Both the position numbers and the translations under genes were made by a program. This document shows positions 1-7,867 of a stretch of 64,000 bases of DNA, piece by piece. The stretch is taken from contig CANJVR010000002.1 of assembly GCA_947478395.1 (NCBI GenBank), forward strand, positions 1 through 64,000, written 5' to 3'. Position 1 is the stretch's first letter. Each line of letters starts with the position of its first letter. Source of the DNA: Opitutia bacterium. GTDB lineage: Bacteria; Verrucomicrobiota; Verrucomicrobiia; Opitutales; Opitutaceae. The notes beneath the pieces are model-generated. The model worked only from the letters and a program-made list of their open reading frames with translations. It had not been told where the DNA came from and made no database searches.

Positions 1-173
1 GCTAACGACGTATCGGCAGGCGTCCCTGCCTGCCGGGCTTCCGCGTCATCGTAGAGGGGGGGGGCGCCCTGCCCGCCCAAACGTTGGCCGGGGAGCCGGC
101 CGGGCGGGCCCCCCTGCCGCTACGATGACGCGGAAGCCCGGCAGGCAGGGACGCCTGCCGCTACGTCGTTAGC
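1..173. repeat. REP-like nested inverted repeat (GTAG-CGGCAGGCGTCCCTGCCTGCC family)
   Basis: 1-54 is the reverse complement of 120-173 with one mismatch. The inner part holds two more degenerate units. The same unit recurs at 25096 and 41023. Confidence 0.85.
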
Positions 174-320
174 GGCTAAGCGGCTGGTTAAATCCCTCTG
201 GATTTTATTGCAAAATCTGGGCGGGACGGAGGGGCGAAGAGGAGCAAGCCTGGGCTCGCTCCTCGCCAATGTGCGCGCCAGCACGCGGGCTTACGGGCGG
301 AGGGTTGCGCGGATCGACGA

Positions 321-2057
321 TTACGGCCGCGTCGGCGTAATGCGCCACATCGTGCCGTTACCATCTTCGGTCACGAGCAACGCACCGTCGTGCGCCACGG
401 CCACGCCGACGGGGCGACCCCAGACGTTGGCCCCGCTCGCGACAAAACCGGTGAGAAAATCTTCGTATTCGCCCGTGGGAATGCCCGCTTTCATCTTGGC
501 GCGAACCACCTTGTAGCCGGTGCGCGAGACGCGATTCCAAGAGCCGTGCAACGCCACAAAAAGGTCGCCATGATACTCGGCGGGGAACACGGCCGCGCCC
601 TTGGTCGGCGTATAAAACGCCACGCCTAATGCCGCCGAATGCGACTGCAACAGGACGTCAGGCACCGTTGCTTTGCCGGCGAGATCAGGCCGGATGCCAG
701 CGAGTCGGGGGTCTTCGTGATTCCCCATGTAGTACCACGGCCAGCCGTAGTAGCCGCCTTCTTTCACGCGCGTGACGTAGTCGGGCACGAGATCGTCGCC
801 GAGCAAATCGCGTTCGTTGGTGGACGTCCAGAGGTCGCCGGTGGTGGGGTTGATCGCAAGGCCCACGGGATTGCGAATACCCGTCGCGAAAATTTTGACC
901 GGCTCTTTGCCGTCCGGACTCGTCACCAGAATATTGGCCCGGCGCGTTTCGGAGCCCCACGCGGCCCCGAGCGCGTTTTCCTTTTCCCATTGTTTTATTT
1001 CCTCGGGCGTTTTGGTCGGCATCGCGCCATCGGCGAAGTTGGAAGCCGAGCCGACGGTGATGAATAAGCGTTTGCCGTCCTTCGAAAAGGCGATGTCGCG
1101 GGTGGAGTGACCATTGCTTGTTGCGGAGAGTTTCGGCACGACGATCTCCGAGGGGCCGCTGGCCTTGAGGTCGCCGTTGTGGTACGGAAAGCGGACGACT
1201 GAATTGTTGTTGGCGACATAGATCCACTCCGGGGCGTCGCCCGCGGGGAAGAATGCCATGCCGAAAGGACGGTCGAGTCCGGCGGCGGGCCCGGCGGCGA
1301 AGATTTCATTCGTGGCGGGCTCGGAGGCACCATCGGCCGCGCGGAGCACGCTGATCCGATTTGAGGCGGTCTCGGCCACGAAAATATCGCCGTTGGGTGC
1401 GATGTGAACGATGCGCGGATTTTTGAATCCCTTCGCGAAGAGTTCGATTTTGAAACCCGGGGGCACCGAAAGTTTCGCGTCGGCCGGCTGGGGAATGACG
1501 ACGGAGTTGTTACGGGGTGTCGGCGTGCTGAACGGCGCCGGCAATTTATCGGCGGAGATCAGGCGCTTCGTGCCGGGGGCGGCGTGACGCCAGTCGTAGG
1601 GGTCGGTCGCATTCGGATCGATGGGCACCGCCGGGGCGGCGCCGGCGCGGCCGGCCGGAGCTTTCACCGTGGCTAGATAGGCAATCAGGTCGCGGCGATC
1701 TTCTGCCTTCGGCACGGCAATGACCATGCTCGTGCCCGGCACCGCGAGCGTGGGGTTGGTGAGGTAACGGTCCAGCGCGGCTCCGTCCCACACGAGACCA
1801 GAATCCTTGAGCGGTTGGGTGTAATTGAAGTTCGCGCCCGAGGCCGCCTTGCGCCCCGTCACGCCGACGAGGCTCGGACCCTGGCCGACGGCCGTCCCGG
1901 CGCCGGCCGCGTGGCATAGCGCACAGGACTGTTGAAACAAGGCCTGACCGTGAGCGACGTCGGCGGCGGCGAGTGGCTCGGCCGCGCGGATCGTTGGAAG
2001 GGCAAAGCTCAGAGCGAGCAGCAGCGTAGAAGGATGAAGGGCAGGGGATTTGATCAT
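321..2057 (-). CDS. Cytochrome c-fused PQQ-dependent sugar/sorbosone dehydrogenase (beta-propeller)
   Basis: Signal peptide; CALCH heme motif with c2-like GPSLVGV..GRKA and VPGTSM; then GIRNPVG, NERDLLGDDLVPDY, YGWPWYY, HSAALG, HGSWNR, GRPVGV. Start moved to ATG 2057. Confidence 0.85.
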   Translation of the reverse strand: MIKSPALHPSTLLLALSFALPTIRAAEPLAAADVAHGQALFQQSCALCHAAGAGTAVGQGPSLVGVTGRKAASGANFNYTQPLKDSGLVWDGAALDRYLTNPTLAVPGTSMVIAVPKAEDRRDLIAYLATVKAPAGRAGAAPAVPIDPNATDPYDWRHAAPGTKRLISADKLPAPFSTPTPRNNSVVIPQPADAKLSVPPGFKIELFAKGFKNPRIVHIAPNGDIFVAETASNRISVLRAADGASEPATNEIFAAGPAAGLDRPFGMAFFPAGDAPEWIYVANNNSVVRFPYHNGDLKASGPSEIVVPKLSATSNGHSTRDIAFSKDGKRLFITVGSASNFADGAMPTKTPEEIKQWEKENALGAAWGSETRRANILVTSPDGKEPVKIFATGIRNPVGLAINPTTGDLWTSTNERDLLGDDLVPDYVTRVKEGGYYGWPWYYMGNHEDPRLAGIRPDLAGKATVPDVLLQSHSAALGVAFYTPTKGAAVFPAEYHGDLFVALHGSWNRVSRTGYKVVRAKMKAGIPTGEYEDFLTGFVASGANVWGRPVGVAVAHDGALLVTEDGNGTMWRITPTRP

Positions 2058-2290
2058 GACGTGGAGGTTAAAAAGCAAAGGACGTGAAAGCGGTCTGCGG
2101 GAAAACCGCAAGGCCCGACGGCGAAGTGCGAGCTGGATCGTCCGATCTGCTTTGACGGCGTAGGGAGCGGTTCGCGATTTGAGGCTTTGGCGAAGCCGAA
2201 CTTTTCGTGCTCGGCCTTGCGCTGGCGTGCGCCGCCACTACGGTGCGGCGTGTTGTTAACGTGATTCGATTTGATTCAAGCCTTCCTCCC

Positions 2291-2620
2291 ATGAAAAACA
2301 TCCGTCTCGCCTCGGTTTTCGTTGCCGCTCTCTTCACCGCCGCCATCGGTTTTGCCGCTGAAAAAGAGGTTACGCTCGTCGGTGCCGGTCAGTGCGCCAA
2401 ATGCTCCCTCGGTGTGGCGCCCGCTTGCGCCAACGCCCTAGTCGTCAAACAAGACGGCAAGGACGTGACCTATTTTCTCGCCGATAACAAAGTCAGCAAA
2501 GATTTTCACGACAACGTCTGCACTGAGGTGAAGCAGGTCAAAGTTACCGGCGTCGTCACTGAAGCCGGCGGCCGGAAAGAAATCACCGCCTCGAAAATCG
2601 AGCTGGTTAAAACAAGCTGA
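2291..2620 (+). CDS. Small exported Cys-containing protein (DUF6370-like)
   Basis: MKNIRLASVF..AIGFAA signal peptide, G-x-CAKC-x-L motif, two further Cys, beta-rich OB-like pattern. Confidence 0.7.
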   Translation: MKNIRLASVFVAALFTAAIGFAAEKEVTLVGAGQCAKCSLGVAPACANALVVKQDGKDVTYFLADNKVSKDFHDNVCTEVKQVKVTGVVTEAGGRKEITASKIELVKTS

Positions 2621-3048
2621 ACGTTTGCGTTTGATGGGTGACCGCGACGGATGGGCCGGCACTCAGGGTGGCCGCAGTCGGGCGCGTGAAAAAAGCAGGG
2701 TACGCGCTTGAGCATCCGGGCGTGAGTGATTTCGCCGTGATGGGGGGATTGGAATTTTCCCTCGGGGCGCTTTCGTTGCGCGCGACATGCTTGCCGTTCG
2801 CAGGCTGCAACGGACGGCTACGGTGAATTTACACTTACTTTAGTCGGGGCGCAGCAAGTGCTGGCTTACGCCAGACTGGCCAATGGAGCGGCGGGCGTTT
2901 CGGGAGCGCCGCTTTTTCCGGTCGTGGCAAAAAAGACTTCAACCGCGCGACTGCCGGCGTGCGCGATGAGCAGGGAGCAAAGAGGTAACTGGATGGGGAG
3001 GCAGCATTTCATGGTAAGAGTTACGTAGCGATGCCGGGGGCGCTTGGG

Positions 3049-4728
3049 TCACGGTTCGGCACCGCGCGCCGCACTTCGACCCGCCCGGTTGATTCCCGCC
3101 CGGGTTTGAAACTCATCGCCGACGAAAGAGCCGGTTTCAAACTTTCGGCCTGCGTCGATCACCCGAGGGTCCTGAGCGTCGGTCAGTACCTTGAGCAAAC
3201 GTTCGGACAGGCGCTCCTTGATCGCCGCAAAAGCGGGATTGCCGGCAAGATTGTTCATCTCGTCGGGATCCTGGCGTACGTCGTAAAGCTCCTCGGCCGG
3301 GCGCTTGCCGAAAGCGAAATCATAGTAGCGTTTTCCTTCCGGTTCATTCCGGTGTCCCACCAGCCAGGCCTTGGTCGGGCCGCCATCCATATCGGCGTAG
3401 CTGATATACGTGTTGTTCTCCAACTCCGCTCCCGTCGGCGCGGTCGTTTCCGAGATCGCCCCCGGCGAACCCATCGGCCAGCGATCGGGCGTGAAATTTC
3501 GGATGTAGACGTACTCTGGCGTGCGCAAACTTCGCACTGGGTTGGGGAGATTCCCATCGCGCGCGATGGCGACGTGGCGTTCGCGACCGGTGATGACCCA
3601 ATCGCGCGTCGGATCAATCACGCCGCTGCGGTCGGACCGCAGCAACGACATCAGGCTACGGCCATACAAACCGGCGGGCGGGGTCACGCCGCCGACTTCC
3701 ATGAACGTCGGCGCCAAATCCGGGAGGCTCACCATGTCGTCGACGACCCGCCCGCCTTTCCCTCCGGGAACTTGAATGATCAACGCGACACTCACCCCGT
3801 GATCGTAAAGATTTCCTTTCCCCGACGAGACTCCCGGCATGCCGTGATCGCCGCTGATCACGATCAGCGTGTGGTCGGCTTCGCCGGTTTCCTCCAGCCG
3901 TTGCAAAATAACCCCGACGTAGGCATCGAACGCCTTGCACTCGCCCAGATAGTCGGCGACGTCCTCCCGAATTTCCGGCACATCTGGCAGGAATTTGGGC
4001 ATGCGCCCCTTCAGCGCATCGGGCTCGATACCCCAAAGCTGTTTGCCCGAGCCCTTGACCCAACTGCGATGCGTGGTCGTCGGCCCGAAAAAATAATGCC
4101 ATGGCTGACCCGGTTTTCTAGAGGCGAGAAAGTCGTCGAAGTTTCCACGCACTTCCGCGAAGATCTTGTCTCGCGCTCCGGCCACGGTCTCTCCGGCCCG
4201 CACCATCCGGCCAACCTGTTGTGAAAAATGCTGGGCCGCGCTGCCTCGCCGCTCGAAGGCGTACTTTTCCCCGCCAAACGGGGCGTCGCGCGGCGTACCC
4301 GGGCTCCACACCTTGTAACTTTTGCCAATGGTATACCCCGCATCGAGCAACAGCAGCGGGAAACTTGGAATCGAAGGATCCCACACCGCTCCATCGGTGA
4401 TCGCCCCCTGCTCGCAGTTGAAAAAATAACGGCCGCTCAGCAGCGAACTCCGACACGGCGTGCAAATGGGCGCGTTGACGAACGCGTTGCGAAACAGGAC
4501 TCCGTTGCGCGCAACGCGATCGAAGTTGGGCGTCTCGATGACGTCGTTGAGCGTCGGCCGACCATCGAGTCCGCGGTAGGCACTCGCATACCGGCCCCAG
4601 TCGTCGGCAAAAAGAAACAGGATGTTCCACCGGGGTGCCTCGGCCGCCCTGGCCATTCCCGGGGCGAACAGACATTCCGCGATCAGCACGGTCAACGCGG
4701 TGGCACCGAACGTGGCAAATCGCTTCAT
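3049..4728 (-). CDS. Exported sulfatase (formylglycine-dependent, S1)
   Basis: NILFLFADDWG, CTPCRSSLLSGRY (CxPxR), ISGDHG, EELYDVRQDPDEMNNLA, signal peptide. Start moved to ATG 4728. Confidence 0.92.
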   Translation of the reverse strand: MKRFATFGATALTVLIAECLFAPGMARAAEAPRWNILFLFADDWGRYASAYRGLDGRPTLNDVIETPNFDRVARNGVLFRNAFVNAPICTPCRSSLLSGRYFFNCEQGAITDGAVWDPSIPSFPLLLLDAGYTIGKSYKVWSPGTPRDAPFGGEKYAFERRGSAAQHFSQQVGRMVRAGETVAGARDKIFAEVRGNFDDFLASRKPGQPWHYFFGPTTTHRSWVKGSGKQLWGIEPDALKGRMPKFLPDVPEIREDVADYLGECKAFDAYVGVILQRLEETGEADHTLIVISGDHGMPGVSSGKGNLYDHGVSVALIIQVPGGKGGRVVDDMVSLPDLAPTFMEVGGVTPPAGLYGRSLMSLLRSDRSGVIDPTRDWVITGRERHVAIARDGNLPNPVRSLRTPEYVYIRNFTPDRWPMGSPGAISETTAPTGAELENNTYISYADMDGGPTKAWLVGHRNEPEGKRYYDFAFGKRPAEELYDVRQDPDEMNNLAGNPAFAAIKERLSERLLKVLTDAQDPRVIDAGRKFETGSFVGDEFQTRAGINRAGRSAARGAEP

Positions 4729-4854
4729 GGGAGAAAAAGGATGCGATGATGGTCCCCTCGTGGGGAGCGGGGTTCGCGACCGGTCGTTTGTAAACGCCCT
4801 CACCGAATTGGGCCAACACCGACGTGTCAATGCATCCTCCGGCGGGTGTCCTCA

Positions 4855-5080
4855 TGCGGTGATCCCCCGAAATCCGGGCCACTTGTAATGTTAGTCTGCG
4901 GCCCTAAAAGGAGCCCAGACCATGAAAGGCAAAAGACACACGACGGAATAGAAGATCCGCATCCTGCGGGAGGCGGACGCGGGTGCGAGCATCGTGTAAA
5001 TCTGCCGGGAGAAGAACATCTCCGGGGCGACGTTCCACCGTTGAAAGAAGCAGTTCGGTCAGATGGACCTCAACGAGGCC
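4855..5080 (+). mobile_element. IS3-family remnant: left end plus orfA pseudogene
   Basis: TG-starting end at 4855. From ATG 4922 it reads MKGKRHTTE*KIRILREADAGASIV*ICREKNISGATFHR*KKQFGQMDLNEA, an OrfA HTH pattern with 3 in-frame stops, then it is truncated. Confidence 0.85.
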
Positions 5081-5086
5081 TGGCCT

Positions 5087-5182
5087 AAAACTGGCAAAAA
5101 AATCCCAGCCTGGTGCTTTCCCCAACCATCAGCCGATGTAGCCGCCGATGGTGGTGCCCAAAAAAATGGAGAGTTTATTCAG
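5087..5182 (-). pseudogene. Possible remnant of a small membrane protein
   Basis: NKLSIFLGTTIGGYIG*WLGKAPGWDFFASF: Gly-rich hydrophobic helix with an internal TGA, cut at the IS remnant. Confidence 0.3.
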
Positions 5183-6446
5183 GTTTAAAGGTCGCGGTGA
5201 ACGTGGGCTTAGTCGCCTCGGCGGCGAGCAATTGCTCCATGAGTGATTCCGCGGCGGCCGTGGCGATGGCTTGAAGTATAACTCGATCCGTGTTGTCGCC
5301 GACCTCGTAGGTACACGTAGGGATGCCAAATTCTCGATACGCCCAATTGTGGGAGGTCGTGATCGTGGGCTTGCGCTGCGTGGAGCGCTTGGGGGTGTCG
5401 TGGGGCAGACGGGAGGTGATGCCGGCAACCCAGGCGGCGGTGAAACCAGGCAATTGCGAGGGCCAATCGTCCGGCTGTGTGTAGAGCCCGTCGACAAAAC
5501 TTGAGTGAAAATCGATGTGAAAATAGTGCGGGCCACGCGCGCGCATGGCTTGGATTTGATCGCGCACGGCGCGGGTCTCGGGGTTTTCCCACAGGCCCCA
5601 ATCGCGATTGAGGTCGACGCCATAAGCGTTGTGGCGCCAGTGGCCGGCATTGACGCCGTCTGGGTTCATGAGCGGTACAAGGAGCACGGCGAATTTTTCG
5701 CGAAAACGCTGGGCGAGCGGCGTGTCGGAGATGAGCGTTTCAATGAAGCGCATCAAGGCTTGTGAGCCCGTGGTCTCGGGCGGATGTTGCCGGCTGACGA
5801 CGGTGATAAAGTTGGGCTTAGTCCCAGCTGGAACGGCGTTGATTTCGACTTGGTAAAGAGGTTGGCCGAGGACGGAGCGCCCGATCTCGGCGCGGGTGAT
5901 AAACGGCAGACGTTCCAGTGTCCGGCTCCACGACTCGAGGCGTTCAGTGGAAATGATTTCTTGGGCCGCGATCCAAAGCGGTTCTTCGCCAACTTTGAGG
6001 GTGAGGGTGCCTTCGTCCGCGCTCGGTCCGTGCTTATAGGCCTCGGCGGGCAACGCGATCCAGGTCACGCCATCGACGCTAATTTTTGGAATATAGCGCA
6101 GCGCAGTGCCTTCGCAGCTAAGGCGGATAGAAATCGTTTTCGTCGTTTTAGCGGTTACCCGGAAGGCGAACCATGGGCTGGCGTTGATCGGGCGATTTTC
6201 CGGATACGTGGCGAGGGCGAATTGATCGCGGGCTGTGCGCACGCAAGCGTTGAGGCGTGCGGCGGCAAATTGCGTGTCAAACACGACCCCGTCTTCGGCA
6301 AAGGCCCAAGTTTGCGCGCGGGTGGCGGTGAGCGGCACCATCGCTGGTGCCGCGGCGGCCAGCATTTGATGGGGAAGAAACCCGAAGGTCCCGCCGGCGA
6401 TTATGCCCGCGAGAACTAATGTAGGTAGACGTGGAGCGGACATCAT
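5175..6446 (-). CDS. Exported M14 zinc carboxypeptidase, cytosolic carboxypeptidase (CCP/Nna1)-like
   Basis: N-domain PENRPINASPWFAFRV; RQHPPE (Zn His/Glu); PLMNPDGV..GHWRHN..GVDLNRDW; IDFHS; TYEVGD; hydrophobic N-terminus. Confidence 0.88.
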   Translation of the reverse strand: MMSAPRLPTLVLAGIIAGGTFGFLPHQMLAAAAPAMVPLTATRAQTWAFAEDGVVFDTQFAAARLNACVRTARDQFALATYPENRPINASPWFAFRVTAKTTKTISIRLSCEGTALRYIPKISVDGVTWIALPAEAYKHGPSADEGTLTLKVGEEPLWIAAQEIISTERLESWSRTLERLPFITRAEIGRSVLGQPLYQVEINAVPAGTKPNFITVVSRQHPPETTGSQALMRFIETLISDTPLAQRFREKFAVLLVPLMNPDGVNAGHWRHNAYGVDLNRDWGLWENPETRAVRDQIQAMRARGPHYFHIDFHSSFVDGLYTQPDDWPSQLPGFTAAWVAGITSRLPHDTPKRSTQRKPTITTSHNWAYREFGIPTCTYEVGDNTDRVILQAIATAAAESLMEQLLAAEATKPTFTATFKPE

Positions 6447-6582
6447 AACGCGTGATGAGGGTCAACGAGGCGGGAGAGAAGAATTAGCGCTGCGTTGTGA
6501 AGACTCTGGCTGCGTTTGTCCATCGGCGTGTTCAGGCAGATCAGGGATCGAGGGCGGCCTGGCTTGATGGCCGATTGCGATC

Positions 6583-6975
6583 GTGTCCGGATATTTGCGT
6601 CGTATTTTTGTCGGGTGTTTGGGCGTAGGCGTCGTGCTGGCCGCGGAGCGGGTCCCGCCGCCTGTGCGTGAATTGGAGTCAACCGTGACCGCGGTCGTCC
6701 AGGCAGATTTGCCGGCTGGTGACGAACTGGGGAACGCTGCACCGCTAACCCTCGCCAAGGCGACCAGCGAGCTGGAGTCGCTCCGAGCCTTGGTGGCGGT
6801 CGTGAAGTTGCAGCGTCGGCGCGGCGATTATTCTGCTGGCTTAACGGCGGCGTGGGATGGGCTCACGCGTGCCCACCAATTGGCGGATCGCCATTTGGAG
6901 GTGGATTTCCCTGATTTCCTGATTTTTTTAGGCGTGAGCCCGTTCCAGCGACCCTACTTTCAGCCTTTTTCATGA
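6583..6975 (+). pseudogene. Probable truncated exported TPR protein (possibly the N-terminus of a TPR sensor kinase)
   Basis: Signal peptide, then a TPR-like helix pair (LQRRRGDYSAGLTAAWDGLTRAHQLADRHLE). Coding character is lost after a GATTTCC(C)T microrepeat at about 6904-6925. Confidence 0.45.
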
Positions 6976-7841
6976 AGTCGTTTCATTTTATCCTGATGCT
7001 TGCACTGATTGGCTTGGCCGATCTGGGCGCTCGGGCTGCTGCATCGTCGGTTGCGCCACGGGGAAATTTCACTTTTGAACACGGCGGGCATAAGCTACGG
7101 GTTTGGTATTTCCGCTCGGCGGCGACGCCTTCGGATGCCCCGGTGTTATTCGTGTTACACGGGGTGGGGCGCAACGCTGAGGAGTACCTCGATGACTGGA
7201 TCGAGCTTGCCGAACAGAAACATTTTCTGGTGGTGGTCCCGGAATTTTCGAAGGCGGAGTTTCCCGGCGAGGAGGCCTACAATTCCGGCAACATGTTCGA
7301 CAAAGCCGGGCGCGCGATTCCGCGTGAACGTTGGTCGTATTCCGTGATCGAGCCCCTGTTTGATGCGCTCACGCCTCAGCTTGGTCATCATCGGAAGGAT
7401 TACATGATATATGGGCATTCGGCGGGCGCGCAGTTCGTGCACCGTTTCGTTTATTTCGTGCCCGAGGCGCGCTACACGCGGGCGGTGTCGGCCAACGCGG
7501 GTTGGTACACTTTGCCGAGTCTCGAGCTCGCTTTTCCTTACGGGCTAAAAGGTAGTTCGGTTGACGCGTCCGCGTTAAAGGCGGCTTGGGCGCGGCCGCT
7601 TGTGGTCTTGCTCGGTGAGGCAGATATCGACCCGAAGAGCTCGAATCTCCGCCACACGCCGGAGGCTGATGCCCAGGGAATGTACCGTTTTGCCCGGGGC
7701 CAGTTTTTCTATGCTCGCGCTCGGGCGGCGGCGGCGGCGATTCAAGCGCCTTTTAACTGGACCCTCGTCACCGCGCCGGAAATCGCCCATTCCGACAAAG
7801 GCATGGCGCCGTTTGCCCTTCGCCAACTCTTTCCCTTATAG
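6972..7841 (+). CDS. Exported alpha/beta serine hydrolase, poly(aspartate) hydrolase-1 (PahZ1)-like
   Basis: Signal peptide; LHGVGRNAEEY; YNSGN; GHSAGAQFVHRF lipase box; ANAGWYTLP..FPYGL; LLGEAD; QGMYRFARG; IAHSD. Confidence 0.8.
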   Translation: MKSFHFILMLALIGLADLGARAAASSVAPRGNFTFEHGGHKLRVWYFRSAATPSDAPVLFVLHGVGRNAEEYLDDWIELAEQKHFLVVVPEFSKAEFPGEEAYNSGNMFDKAGRAIPRERWSYSVIEPLFDALTPQLGHHRKDYMIYGHSAGAQFVHRFVYFVPEARYTRAVSANAGWYTLPSLELAFPYGLKGSSVDASALKAAWARPLVVLLGEADIDPKSSNLRHTPEADAQGMYRFARGQFFYARARAAAAAIQAPFNWTLVTAPEIAHSDKGMAPFALRQLFPL

Positions 7842-7867
7842 TCTCCTCTTTCTGTTTCCTAAACACC

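Noticed and set aside
55..119. G/C homopolymer-rich stretch as a G-quadruplex or special signal
   Set aside because: Better explained as degenerate or mis-sequenced inner REP units.
2866..3012. 48-aa minus-strand ORF (MKCCLPIQLPLCSLLIAHAG...)
   Set aside because: No recognisable motif; too short to support without homology.
3031..4224. Long antisense ORFs (also 9290-10672, 21569-22660, 29116-30402, 33792-35177, 35268-36572, 61398-62678)
   Set aside because: Shadows of well-supported genes on the opposite strand, expected at high GC.
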